Source: an uncultured Nitrospiraceae bacterium (GTDB lineage Bacteria > Nitrospirota > Nitrospiria > Nitrospirales > Nitrospiraceae). Taken from it: a stretch of DNA of 64,000 nt. The DNA lies in contig CAVPLT010000003.1 in NCBI GenBank assembly GCA_963706325.1, forward strand, positions 1 to 64,000, written 5' to 3'. This document shows positions 41,624 through 52,426 of this stretch, piece by piece (the stretch's first letter is position 1; each line of letters starts with the position of its first letter). Below the pieces are notes generated by a model. The model was not told the origin of the DNA. It was given only the letters and a program-made list of their open reading frames with translations, and searched no databases. A program made the translations under genes and the position numbers.

Positions 41624-41706
41624 TCTGGCTTACGCTGCATCAATTGCTACCAATCGTACTGGGGCTCCACGGAGTGCCCTTCAGTCTCATTGTTGTACCG
41701 TTCCTG

Positions 41707-42120
41707 CTACGGGTTGGTCGGTACCTGATTTTTGCGGAGCCCGTGGAGCCGGACGCAGACTCGCACGGCATTGAGCAACTTCTCCTGTGACACCGGCTTG
41801 ATGAGATAGTCGCAGACGCCCTGCTTGGCGAGGATTTCGTTGAGGAGAAAATCCCGGTCGGCCGTCAGGACTACGAAGGGAACGGTGGGGTGGTGGGCTC
41901 TGAGGTGCGCGATCACTTCTGCTCCGTTAATTTTGGGCATTTGGAGATCACAGACGATCGTCGCGATGTCCCCCGCCTGGCTGGAATTCTTCAGCCAGGC
42001 AATAGCGGCCTCGCCGTCGGAAGCTTCCACCACCTGATACCCGGCCTTCGTCAGCATCAGGCGGACGACACGCCGGATATCGGTATCGTCGTCTATGATC
42101 ATCACGCTCGCGGCGGCCAT
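41707..42120 (-). CDS. Single-domain response regulator (paralogue of 12243..12647)
   Basis: IIDDD, LTKAG, CDLQMPKING, KPVS; GGAGGT RBS. Confidence 0.9.
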   Translation of the reverse strand: MAAASVMIIDDDTDIRRVVRLMLTKAGYQVVEASDGEAAIAWLKNSSQAGDIATIVCDLQMPKINGAEVIAHLRAHHPTVPFVVLTADRDFLLNEILAKQGVCDYLIKPVSQEKLLNAVRVCVRLHGLRKNQVPTNP

Positions 42121-42541
42121 CGATACCTCCGAGAAGGCGACACTAGGTTTAACAGCATAGACTGTCAAGCCTCCCTCGCTTGGTCCAGTGAAACAATAAT
42201 GCCACTATTTCCCCCTCGTACAGCCCAGGCGGAAGCATCGCTGGGAATACGGTCAGAGCACGAAGGAAAGTAGCAGACGAGCCACTAACTTGGTTGAGTC
42301 AGGTAGGCATTACAACTGAGGATGTTCCTAGAGTCCAGTTGCATAGACCCGGCACTTTTGTGCTAACCCTATGAGTATGCGCTCGGCGCTGATAGAGGTT
42401 GGCGGTGGGTGGAGGTCGCTACCTGGTAGGTTGGACAAGGAACTGCATGTAAAATTGCGAGCTGTCGCAAAGATGTAACCTCCCACCCCCGATCGATAAA
42501 TCCGCACCATGACACTGCTCGCATTCATGCTCGCCCGGCGT

Positions 42542-43228
42542 TCAATCCTCCTCGCCCACGCCCAGCACGATCAGAACTGCATAGTCCTGTTTCGCGCAGC
42601 CCTCAACGCGAGGCATCGCTCCCCCGGGCGCAACTGGGAACACAGTCTTCGGCGCATGTTCCGGCGAGCACGAACCACCACCTGCTGCCGGTGTATAGCG
42701 CGCAGAGCGGCACGCCAGGTGCGTCACGTCATAGAGTGTCGCACCCTTCTCGAGTTCCCAGCGGGTGTCGCCATTCCTGTCGGCAGGATGAATGGTCAGC
42801 ACAGCCGTCACATCGCGGGCGCCGGTGACCAGGTATCTGCCGGGAGGGAGCGGAAAGGCCGGCTGCTCCATAATCAAGCCGTGCTCCTCCAGCCACCAGT
42901 CCATGCTGTCGAATTTCCAGCGCGCCGGAGCGAGGCCGCCTGTCTCCTTCAACCGTTGATAGTTCTGCAGCTTGACGCCCCGAGGACCGGGGTCCAGAGG
43001 CCACAGACCCCAGAATTGCGCGCCGCTCCCAGAGGTCGCACCCGGATCGCCCAACGCCGCGATGTACTGTGTCGAAATGGTTTGGAACTTCGGTTGAGTT
43101 CCGCCTGCGGCGTGGGCGTGGCCCCGACTCAGATGAAATGCGGAGACCTCAAACAAACCAAGCAGAATGAGAACTAGGATGAGCAAAGAACAGGTACGGG
43201 AAGAAGAACCACCCTCGTGTTTTGTCAT
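42542..43228 (-). CDS. Exported hypothetical protein
   Basis: N-terminal hydrophobic segment; WGLWPLDPGPRGV, WWLEEHGLIM, VTHLACRSARY. Confidence 0.75.
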   Translation of the reverse strand: MTKHEGGSSSRTCSLLILVLILLGLFEVSAFHLSRGHAHAAGGTQPKFQTISTQYIAALGDPGATSGSGAQFWGLWPLDPGPRGVKLQNYQRLKETGGLAPARWKFDSMDWWLEEHGLIMEQPAFPLPPGRYLVTGARDVTAVLTIHPADRNGDTRWELEKGATLYDVTHLACRSARYTPAAGGGSCSPEHAPKTVFPVAPGGAMPRVEGCAKQDYAVLIVLGVGEED

Positions 43229-43430
43229 CTTCGCTCCTGTGTTACCGTCGCCGGTAACGAACTGATAATTTAAGGCTGCATGGCGTGGGCTTCGAAACAA
43301 AGGAGGCTACGACCTCATTCCCAATGCAACTTGCACGCGGAGATCAAACGGTTGGCTCCAATCGGATTCGCTGACACAAACGCGGGCTCAGAAGTCCCGC
43401 CGCTTAAAGGGGTGGACTCGCCGAAGGAGA

Positions 43431-43835
43431 TTACGAACCGGTGGCAGCACCGCTCTGACGTGGCTCCCGATAGCAAATCTCCAGACGGTTGCCGCTGGGG
43501 TCTTCAAAGAACACGGCATAGTAACCTGGCTCTTCATACAGCGGGCCTTCAATATTCCGAGCCCCCGCTTTGACTGCCATCGCAGCCAGCCGCTCGACCT
43601 CCGCATGGTTATCCGCCCAAAAGGCGATGCGGCATTCGTTGGCCACATGGCGCGGCGACTCAGTCAGGCCAAAGAACACCGGGACCTCGCTTCCCCCCGA
43701 CGCTTCATAGGTCACCCATCCCGCTATTCCCGCCTCATGTGTAAAGCCGAGGGCCGGCAGCATTACCTCATAAAAGGGCCGCGCCGCAGCCAGGTCATGC
43801 ACGCGCAGGTCGATGTGATCAAAATGCCGTGGCAT
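43431..43835 (-). CDS. VOC (glyoxalase/bleomycin resistance) family protein
   Basis: FDHIDLRV...FY; YYAVFFEDPSGNRLEI. Confidence 0.9.
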   Translation of the reverse strand: MPRHFDHIDLRVHDLAAARPFYEVMLPALGFTHEAGIAGWVTYEASGGSEVPVFFGLTESPRHVANECRIAFWADNHAEVERLAAMAVKAGARNIEGPLYEEPGYYAVFFEDPSGNRLEICYREPRQSGAATGS

Positions 43836-43959
43836 GGCTTCACTCTACACGACTCGATAGACAAGTAGGAAGTCGTGGAAGTCCTGGCATCAGCGCCGAG
43901 AATGGAACGGCGTGGTCAACGCGGCCTGATGGTGAGCCTGGGCCGTCTCGCTGATTTTC

Positions 43960-44185
43960 GCTTTGGGATACCGCCTGAGACGAGCTGTTTCCACCGGATT
44001 CAGGCTGACAAGACGAAGGCCGTACTAGAGTCTTCGTGCCCAACAGACCGAGGCGGTGTTCGCGAGCACCGGTTTGACCGGATCAGGAAAAAGGATGAAC
44101 AGACCCACGGTCAAGACCGGGGCGAGGGAGTGCTCTGTGAGGAGTGACCGGTGTCGTCGCGAGACATTACTGAACTCGCTCATTC
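43960..44185 (-). pseudogene. Probable PilZ-domain remnant
   Basis: NVSRR...VGLFILFPDPVKPV...ASVCW...*YGLRLVSLNPVETARLRRY with an internal stop. Confidence 0.4.
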
Positions 44186-44681
44186 AGACGCCGCCAACTC
44201 GACAGCTCGGCTTCGTCAAAGGTGACATGCCTGTCCATGGGCGTCCACCACGGTGATGCGTCCGCCAGCTAGTTATTCGTTTCTCTCCGCCACAACTGGC
44301 TCATAATCTTTCCGGTTTCATACTGCCTTCAGGGGCTGTCAGCGAAGAATTCCGGACGCTTGAGCAAGTGAGGTGCCGCGCCACGTTCTTCTGTTAAGAA
44401 AACCGGACTTCCGGATAAGACACCACGAGAAAGAGCCCCTATAGTGGGACGTGTCGTTGGGGAGCGATGTGTCGATGTACGAGGGGACTACCAGAATATC
44501 CGGTCCCATCACGATGCAGGCCATCATTTTGGATGATGCGCGAGTGGCACATCGCCGGAGCAACGTGGGAATGGAGCCATGATCGCACGATTGTCCGCAT
44601 TCTCTTTACGGAATAGCTTTCAATGGGATCACTCCTCTTCAATCCAACCACATCCATTCGGCGTTCAGAAGGAGGCATGTT

Positions 44682-46316
44682 ATGACACTCACCCACATCA
44701 TCGGATTCGCCGCAGCTGTTCTGCTCGCCAGCGCGACGCCAAGCTCAGGCACGGGATCGACCGTGGCGCCGGCGCCGTCCGACACGGTCCCGCTGTACAC
44801 GAACCTCGGTTCCCATCACAAACGTATCTCCACCAGAGTCCCGGCCGCACAGCAGTACTTCGACCAGGGCCTCCGACTCGTCTACGGATTCAATCACGCG
44901 GAGGCGATCCGCTCGTTCACACACGCCGCCGCGCTCGATCCCACCTGCGCGATGTGCTATTGGGGGATCGCACTGGCCTACGGCCCGCACGTCAACGCCC
45001 CCATGGACGCCGCGAGCGGAATCGCTGCATACACGGCGGCACACAAGGCGCTGGCGCTCACGTCCCACGCCACGGCATCTGAGCGCGCGTACATCGAGGC
45101 AGTCGGGCAGCGCTACGCGGAGGTTCCGCCGTCTGATCGTGCCCAGTTGGACACGTTGTACTCGAGGGCGATGGAACGGGTTACCCACACGTATCCCAAG
45201 GACCTCGATGCCGCAACCCTGTACGCCGAATCGCTCATGGATCTCCGCCCGTGGAACTACTGGCGACCCGACGGCACTCCCTACCCAGGCACCAAGGACA
45301 TCGTCCGCCAGCTTGAGAGAGTTATCTCGCGCAACCCGAACCATCCTGGCGCGTGCCATTACTACATCCACGCAGTCGAAGCGGTGAACCCGCAGGCCGC
45401 GGTGCCGTGCGCTGAGCGGCTCGCTCGGCTGATGCCGGGCGAAGGGCACATGGTTCACATGCCCGCACACATCTACATCCGGGTCGGACGGTGGAATGAC
45501 GCCGTGCAGGCGAACCAACACGCCATCCACACTGACGAGGCGTTCATCGAAGGGCAGCACCCCACTGGCGTCTATCCGCTCGCGTACTATCCCCATAACA
45601 TCCACTTCCTCGCCTTCGCCTCCACGATGGGAGGCCGCAGTGCGCAGGCGATCGAGGCGTCGAAGACGCTTACCTCCAAGGTGAACCTTGATGCCGCCCG
45701 CCAGGTCGGGCTGCTACAGGAGATGCTGCCATACCACGCGCTGACGCTTACGACGTTTGGAAAATGGGACGCCGTGCTTGCCGAACCGCTTCCGCCGGAA
45801 GACATCCGCTTCTCATATGCCCTGGCGTCCTATGCGCGCGGCGTGGCGCATGCCGCCAAGGAACAGTGGGCGGAGGCTCAGACCGCGCTCGACACGGTGA
45901 CGGAAATCAACGCCGCGACGCCCGACGGGGCCGAGGGCAAGACGGCGCTCGCGATCGCCGTGCACGCGCTGGCCGGCGAGATTGCCACACGCCGCGGCGA
46001 GCTTGACGCGGGTATCAACCACTTTCGGAAGGCCATCAAGATTGAGGACGCGGGACTCTACTTCGAACCACCCAAGTGGTATTACCCGATTCGGCATTCA
46101 CTCGGCGCCGCCCTGTTGAAGGCGCGGCGACATGCCGAGGCCGAGAAGATGTATCGAGAAGACCTCCGGCGGTTCCCCGAGAACGGCTGGTCGCTCTTCG
46201 GCCTCGCGCAGGCGCTCCGGGCGCAGGGGAAGAACACTGAAGCGGCCGCAGCGGACGCGCGCTTCCGCCGAGCGTGGGCAAGCACGGACATGATGCTGAC
46301 AGCATCGAGGTTCTAG
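44682..46316 (+). CDS. Exported TPR-repeat protein
   Basis: Signal peptide; AQQYFDQGL..YGFNHAEA, HPGACHYYIH, HMPAHIY, PENGWSLFGL. Confidence 0.88.
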   Translation: MTLTHIIGFAAAVLLASATPSSGTGSTVAPAPSDTVPLYTNLGSHHKRISTRVPAAQQYFDQGLRLVYGFNHAEAIRSFTHAAALDPTCAMCYWGIALAYGPHVNAPMDAASGIAAYTAAHKALALTSHATASERAYIEAVGQRYAEVPPSDRAQLDTLYSRAMERVTHTYPKDLDAATLYAESLMDLRPWNYWRPDGTPYPGTKDIVRQLERVISRNPNHPGACHYYIHAVEAVNPQAAVPCAERLARLMPGEGHMVHMPAHIYIRVGRWNDAVQANQHAIHTDEAFIEGQHPTGVYPLAYYPHNIHFLAFASTMGGRSAQAIEASKTLTSKVNLDAARQVGLLQEMLPYHALTLTTFGKWDAVLAEPLPPEDIRFSYALASYARGVAHAAKEQWAEAQTALDTVTEINAATPDGAEGKTALAIAVHALAGEIATRRGELDAGINHFRKAIKIEDAGLYFEPPKWYYPIRHSLGAALLKARRHAEAEKMYREDLRRFPENGWSLFGLAQALRAQGKNTEAAAADARFRRAWASTDMMLTASRF

Positions 46317-46786
46317 CGGATGAAGTGACCTTTTGGTTCACTCCTGGCCGGCTTATACGCGATAACCCACGATAAGAAAGCGAGGCCTACGATGACACAG
46401 CATGAATGTTCGGACCATGAATCAGCGACTAGCAATGTACGACGGCCGGCCCATCCGTCTGCAGGCCTCGTGGCACGCGCATATATGTAATTCTTCCGGT
46501 GCAGGCTCAGCTGCAGAGGCGACAATATCAGAAAGGTACACCATTAGGCCGAAGGCCGCAGGTGAATATTGCTCACTTTCAACTGAAGACGGCGGGATCA
46601 CTAGATCTCAAACAACTATTCCTCGTTAAGGCAGGAGACGCAGGCCGTGACTCTAGTTCTGAGGGTAGCCCTTTTATTGCAACGCTTTTAGAATTGCTCG
46701 GTGATACGTGTTCGGTGTCATCGTAACCGTCGCATCGGCCGCGTATTAAGGCCTAAGTCTTCCTCTGCACGACCCACTCGCTTTCA

Positions 46787-47816
46787 TCAGAAATGATAAT
46801 CGCCTCCAATCGAGACAATCGTGTCATTGAAATCCCTCAGCGCATTCGTCGAGATACGTTGCGTGCGCTGGAAGCTTAGGAGTGCGGACCCTTTGGCAGT
46901 CAGTTGATAGCGGAACGTTGCCATTCCCTGATGGGTGAAATCCTCGCGCCCCTGATGCGTGTCCCCCGCAAGGCCGCTGGTGAATGTCTTTCGCACATGG
47001 AGATACACTAAGTCGAGGGAGAGCTTGGTGGCCACCCGTAGCTCTGTCCCGAAGGACAGGAGGTGAATTATAGTAGGACACGTCATCCATGAACTGAGGT
47101 TCCTCCCGACCATCCGCGAGACCGCGTTCATACAGGTACCCCATGGAGAACTTTACCCAGGGGGTCACCCGGTAGTCGAACCGCGGGCCGGCTGCGTAGA
47201 ATCGTGTGTCACGTTCAGCGAAGGGTTGGTTGTACAACCGCAGCCCATACCGGGTCACAAAGGTGGCAGCGACGTGCTCGTTAAGTTGTCGCTGGAGTTC
47301 CGCTCTCCACGTGTGAGACGTGACCCGTTCATCGGTGAGTGATTGGCTGCCGCTTCGCCGCTCAACATTCGGCCCAAGAAAAAGGTTCGGCACATAGCGG
47401 TACCGTAATAAAACGGATGTGTCCGGGTTCAGCCACTGGCGGTCCTGAATACGAAATTCACCATGATTGAAGATTGGCTTGTCGGTGTAGATGTACCCGT
47501 GGGCTTTGACTGATAGTTCATCCAGGCCCACATGGTTCGAGTCGGAGCGAATAACCTCGACCGTCGGTTCCCAAATCACGTCTTCCGACTTGTCTAAAGG
47601 CACCACCGTCGGCTGCGAAGGATCCTCACTGAGAGCGAGCCGGCGGGCGGAGGAAAACTGGAATGCGTCGGTCGTGTAACTTGTCCGCTGTTCCGCGATG
47701 GCCGACCATTCTCCCCTGGCCGGCTGGCAGACCGACAATGACGCAACCACGACTGCACCAACAAGAAGAATACCTCGACCGCATGTCGCAGGATGTCCCC
47801 TCAGCCCTTGCCACAT
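46787..47816 (-). pseudogene. Outer-membrane beta-barrel protein with a single +1 frameshift near 47067
   Basis: ...DDVSYYN (extra T) HLLSFGTELR...IGGDYHF*; removing one base restores the frame and the terminal Phe. Confidence 0.75.
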
Positions 47817-47819
47817 GGC

Positions 47820-48302
47820 TCATTGCTTGCCGAAAGACCGGACGTACAGCAGCACCTGCCACGCCTCTTCTTCGGTCAGGACTAAGGGCACAAAGGATGC
47901 CATATCCGTTCCCGGGCTTCCGTTTTTGAGAATCCAGAACAGCTCCCCGTCTGATCGGGCCGCCTGCCAGATATGATCGGTAAAGTTTCTGGGCAGTTTT
48001 CCACGCAAATCGGGAATATCGGCTAAACCCCGCCCATCCTGCCCATGACACGTCGCGCAAAAGGCCTTCCCCTGGAAGATTGCCTTCCCCCTTGCAATGT
48101 TCTCAGGTGTCGCCTCGAAAGGGTTCGTCCATTGGCGGGCTCCGTCAATGAGGTGAGCTGGCACCCTCGGGCGCAAGATTTCTGCGTCACTCCCGAGGGT
48201 GAGACGAGGCCATGCGGCCGCTAGCACCGTGGCTGCCACGATCAAGGACCTGCTCCCCACGTGGGTTCCGCACATGGTGCGTCCTATTTCATTCTTAGCC
48301 AT
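47820..48302 (-). CDS. Monohaem c-type cytochrome
   Basis: Signal segment, CATCH, distal GTDM. Confidence 0.9.
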   Translation of the reverse strand: MAKNEIGRTMCGTHVGSRSLIVAATVLAAAWPRLTLGSDAEILRPRVPAHLIDGARQWTNPFEATPENIARGKAIFQGKAFCATCHGQDGRGLADIPDLRGKLPRNFTDHIWQAARSDGELFWILKNGSPGTDMASFVPLVLTEEEAWQVLLYVRSFGKQ

Positions 48303-48317
48303 GGTCAGGGCCCGACG

Positions 48318-48839
48318 CTATTTGTCTGCGTAACCTGGAAATTTGTGCCCCAGCGATTGCGGGAAGGTGACAGTGCCGTCGGGGAATTCCTGGCCTTTCT
48401 GCCACAGATGGTAAATCACGCCATCGGTCTTGGAGGCGACGTCCGCGACGGCCTTGGCTTGGTCCTCAGGCATATCGAGTATTTGAACCCGGCCAGTGGC
48501 AATCTCCACCTTGTGGTCATGGAAATGCCGATGCCACTGGATCGCCGGAAGTTTTCTGGTGAGATCTTTGGAGACAAAGTATTCAATCGCCACGAGCGGC
48601 GCTTTGGGATGGGTGGATTCAAACAGCAAGCATTGCAAAATTTGATCGGAAATGCCCTTGCAGTAGTGATGATAGGGGCCGCCGGGGGTTCCATCGGGCA
48701 TCATGTGCGGAGCCTGCACATGTATGTCATATCCGAAGGCCGGTGACGCATCTGTGGCCGTTACCGGCCTGGGGAACATCCCCACGACCACGAGTCCTGC
48801 AAGTAGGCACATAGGGATTAAACGCCTGACATCACACAT
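48318..48839 (-). CDS. Exported DUF1264/OBAP-like His-rich protein
   Basis: HHYCK, QCLLF, IEYFV, HFHDHKVEI, YHLWQ; GGAGG RBS. Confidence 0.75.
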   Translation of the reverse strand: MCDVRRLIPMCLLAGLVVVGMFPRPVTATDASPAFGYDIHVQAPHMMPDGTPGGPYHHYCKGISDQILQCLLFESTHPKAPLVAIEYFVSKDLTRKLPAIQWHRHFHDHKVEIATGRVQILDMPEDQAKAVADVASKTDGVIYHLWQKGQEFPDGTVTFPQSLGHKFPGYADK

Positions 48840-49131
48840 AGCGACCCTCCTTTAAGAACTTACTGCCGTTGATAATGTGGAACACTCTAGTTGAGGCACT
48901 TGCAGGGTCCCATCGGTAGGTACGACGAGTGGCCTATACAAGTTTCGTGAGGCGCGCATATGGCCTCGCTCACTGGAGAATAACGCCGCCAGGGCGGCTT
49001 TGAGAAAGGTACACCCTGAGGCCGAAGCAGACTGGTCACAATTGCTCATAATCGCTCTCACGGACATCGCGTTTGGTTCCGGCGGTTATTGCGGTCACGG
49101 TCGTTCTAGCCTTAGAATACTCGGAAATATG

Positions 49132-49281
49132 AAAGGCATAAAAAAACGAGCACATGGGTCCCCTCCAGCTCCCGCCCACCCCGACCAGCGACGTATGGCG
49201 CGCACACCCGCCACCGTATTTAACTCCACTGCCTTCCTGGCTCAAGTGGGCTGGGGAAAAACCACGGTGTACTACTCCAAG
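49132..49281 (+). pseudogene. 5' fragment (leader plus about 29 codons) of a Crp paralogue
   Basis: MARTPATVFNSTAFLAQVGWGKT versus MARTPSTAFNPTAFLAKVGSGKT; the upstream 60 nt also match the reverse complement of 23129..23190. Confidence 0.75.
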
Positions 49282-49577
49282 CCGAGCATCATCAACAACT
49301 TCGATGCTTCCTGTGGTCTAGCACCTCACGCTGCGTTACCATCTAACCGTGACTAAAACCGGATGGTTCAGGCCAAGCCTGTGCCGAGGGGACGAGTACT
49401 GCGATATGATCGAATAAGGGTTCTGCGCCCTGTCTAATGATTTTAAAATCCTCAGGGCTGTGGCTGGAAAATCCATCTTTGCGTTTAAGGGCACCCCCCC
49501 ATAGGCCCGCTGTGGAGACGGTCGCGGGGACCCCATACACGCCCCCAGGTCACTCTGCTCCATTGCTTGAACGAATT

Positions 49578-49976
49578 TTAGGCCTTGATATGGGGATGGC
49601 CTTGATCAGGCCCGAGTCGTAATTTTCCACTGAGGAAATACCGCTCTACGGCGTAGCTTGCGCCTCCCCGATTAGTCACTGTCCTTTCGTCCCACTCATC
49701 ACTGTATCGATTCTGTATCGCGAAAACGTCGACGAGATTTATTCGGCTCTCGCCCTGATCGTACCTCCAGGTGCCGGATGCCCGTAGGACGTCCGATCTG
49801 CCTTTGACTTTAATCTCTTGTATATAGGTGCCATCAGACTCGAGTTTGAGGGTGTCGGTTCCAAAGTCAAACTCGGCCACGTAGGTTCCGGGTATTTCTT
49901 TCGGGTCTGGATGCAACAGACATCCGGATGTCAGTACAACAAATGCTACTGGGGCAACTAGGTGCCACAATGTCAT
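49578..49976 (-). CDS. Hypothetical lipoprotein
   Basis: LTSGC lipobox; GTY...LKLESDGTY...GTW beta-strand pattern. Confidence 0.7.
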   Translation of the reverse strand: MTLWHLVAPVAFVVLTSGCLLHPDPKEIPGTYVAEFDFGTDTLKLESDGTYIQEIKVKGRSDVLRASGTWRYDQGESRINLVDVFAIQNRYSDEWDERTVTNRGGASYAVERYFLSGKLRLGPDQGHPHIKA

Positions 49977-50349
49977 TGCTGGTACCTTCGCCCATATTCG
50001 AATGGGCGCCCTCCGTATGAACCAGCGGATGCCCTCCGAACTATAGAGCAACCTGTCGAGGTTTGATGCTTTTCAGTGATGCGCCTCACAGCCGGGGTGA
50101 TCGCAGGGGCATGAAGCAGTGCCCTCGGGTGTGGTCGCGGCAGTTTCGCATTTAGTGCCACAATACTTCTGTCCGTCAAACTTGGCATGAACAGGATGAA
50201 TGTGCACATTTAGAAGCTGTCATGTCTTCCTCCTATACGGGGGAATCTACAAGAAAGCAGTTCCGAAGTTCCGGTGTCTCAAGCACGTGATCGCGAGTCG
50301 CCGTCTCGATATGCGAGCGATTCGGCCTGCCGGGCGCGACAGGCGAGAG

Positions 50350-50640
50350 TCCACCATAATGCGGTTCTCAAGTTGCGTCACTCGGGCACCGTCGTGGCGA
50401 GTTTGGTCGCCAAGCCCTTGCCTTCCTACGTGCTGACGATGCCATGCAGGACCACATGGCCATCATTCACCTGGACCGACAAAGTGTTCCATTGAATATC
50501 GTCTTCAAGCCGTAAGCGCCTCTCGACTCTCGACTTGGTCTCATAGTCCGAACTCCTGGACCCCATCGTCTCGTGCCGCAGAGCGTCCTCGCCCTTCGTC
50601 ACTTTCACCTGGCCAGCCATGACTGGGCTCCAGAGGGCGA
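50350..50640 (-). pseudogene. BON-domain protein remnant
   Basis: SDYETKSRVERRL...LSVQVNDGHVVLHGIVST*EGKGLATKLATTVP, frameshift, VTQLENRIMV. Confidence 0.7.
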
Positions 50641-50859
50641 ACACGGCAATCTGAACTCCCGTGCAAGGTTGTAAATGACCTCTGTCTATATCCAGGTCCG
50701 ACCTCCTTTCGTTTAGACGGCTCCGCATTGACTTCCCTGAAAATGGCCCTCAATCACCAGCCTCCCCCTTCGCTAGGTATCCTCAGGATATTCTCTTCTA
50801 TGCCACTTGAGCACGAGGCCTGCAAGGCTAGTTGAAAACCTCCACCCCTTGCTGAACAC

Positions 50860-51285
50860 ATTCTCAAGCTGGGCTGTGTGGTCCACACCTGACCATTTTC
50901 ATGGATATTGTGCCCTTACGGGAACTAGCAAATGGCGATAGACTGCATGGCAAAGTTACTAGGAGAGGAAATAGAGGTAGCTTGAGGGGGGCACTCGTAT
51001 ATGCGGCTGCAAATCACCTCTTCTCCACGGCCACAATTGAGAACAGAAGCGAAGCCTCTCCAATTTGGCACTGCGCTAGGGGGATTGCCAGAGGACTTGT
51101 TGAGCGGAGACTTGTTATGGTGAGCAGTAGGATGCAGTTCGTTTCTAGATACAAGGAGCACTATGCCATTTTCGTTAAAGAACTCTTTCATTGTTCTTCA
51201 AACACTCCTTCTCTCGGTATTTGCCCTTTCCTGTTGGGCGGGTGATACGGAGCTCTATAACGAGATTGATGTCACAAACGGAGGT
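50860..51285 (+). repeat. Diverged duplication A (leader plus 5' end of the 51163 gene)
   Basis: Shares GAACTAG.AAATGGCGATA, AAAGTTACTAGGA, GTTTCTAGAT and GTGATACGGAG with 63012..63470. Confidence 0.75.
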
Positions 51286-52113
51286 TCGATCCGGGGGAAA
51301 GTAAAGTTTGCAGGGAAAGTTCCAACACCTAAAGGATATAACCTGACCACTCTGCCGGATCCGATCTACTGCGGGCGGATATCCGATGGAAAAGGTTGGC
51401 GTCTCTTACAACCCTTCGACGTGGGACCACAAGGCGAGTTTCGACAAGTCGTTGTGCGTTTGCAAGGGATACACAATGGAAAATCTTTCGCGTCCGGCAA
51501 GCCCCCTCGTATTCAAGCGATTGACTGCCAGTTCCTCCCGTTCATTAATGTCGTGCGAGATCAACAAGAAGTGGTGGTGGTTAATTTGGATCCAGCGATG
51601 CACGACATACAGGCCTATGAAACGTCGCAGCTCGGGCCTCGGGTCTTGTTCAATATTCCGTTACCGATTAGTCCGCGTTATCCGAATGAAGTCCGTCTGA
51701 GCGCACATTTTCATAAACATTTCGAGGGACCCCCGATGACACAAGCCGTGAGAATGACAAAGGGACGACGTGTGTTTACCATGCAATGCGGTTTCCATGC
51801 GTTTATGGAGAGCTGGGCTCTGACGGTGGAGAACCCTTACTTTGCGGTGACTGATACGGAGGGACGATTCGAGATTGAGGACATACCGCCAGGGACCTAT
51901 AAATTATCTGTCTGGCATCCATATCTGCGCGACGTCTATGAACAAATAATCGCGGTCACTCCGAAGGCGTTACAGGACGTGCAATTTGAAGTCGCAGCTC
52001 CAACGGGGCGACTATACGCCAACCAAATGGTCGAGAACGCCTATAATCGCTATACGATTACAGAAGACGTGCAGAGCGAGATTGTTCCAACCGTTGAAAA
52101 GCAAAGCTATTGA
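51163..52113 (+). CDS. Exported carboxypeptidase-regulatory-like / cupredoxin-like protein
   Basis: Signal peptide; GSIRGKV; CQFLP; NLDPAMHDI; QCGFHAFM; NPYFAVTD.EG.F.I.DIPPGTY. Confidence 0.8.
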   Translation: MPFSLKNSFIVLQTLLLSVFALSCWAGDTELYNEIDVTNGGSIRGKVKFAGKVPTPKGYNLTTLPDPIYCGRISDGKGWRLLQPFDVGPQGEFRQVVVRLQGIHNGKSFASGKPPRIQAIDCQFLPFINVVRDQQEVVVVNLDPAMHDIQAYETSQLGPRVLFNIPLPISPRYPNEVRLSAHFHKHFEGPPMTQAVRMTKGRRVFTMQCGFHAFMESWALTVENPYFAVTDTEGRFEIEDIPPGTYKLSVWHPYLRDVYEQIIAVTPKALQDVQFEVAAPTGRLYANQMVENAYNRYTITEDVQSEIVPTVEKQSY

Positions 52114-52426
52114 GACGGCAATCTCACTCCAGTCGATCAGATGCGGCGTGAAACGCTTACACTGGCGATCACCAAGGCTTCCACCGAATCGTGCATCGTA
52201 GATCGCCGTCATCAGTGAGAGGTAAATCGGTCCCAACAAGCGGTCTTGGACGTCAAGCCCAAGATGGCTCTCCCACGGAGAAGGAAAGGCATCGGTTAGC
52301 AGAGTACGTGGAGCGCAACGTAAGCCGCCACCATATGGGACCGTGTCAGGACGAGCCTATGGTTCGTCCCCAGCATTATGGTGACTGGCGCCCTCGTCCT
52401 CGCCCTAGGTACCCGTGCAGCGGATT

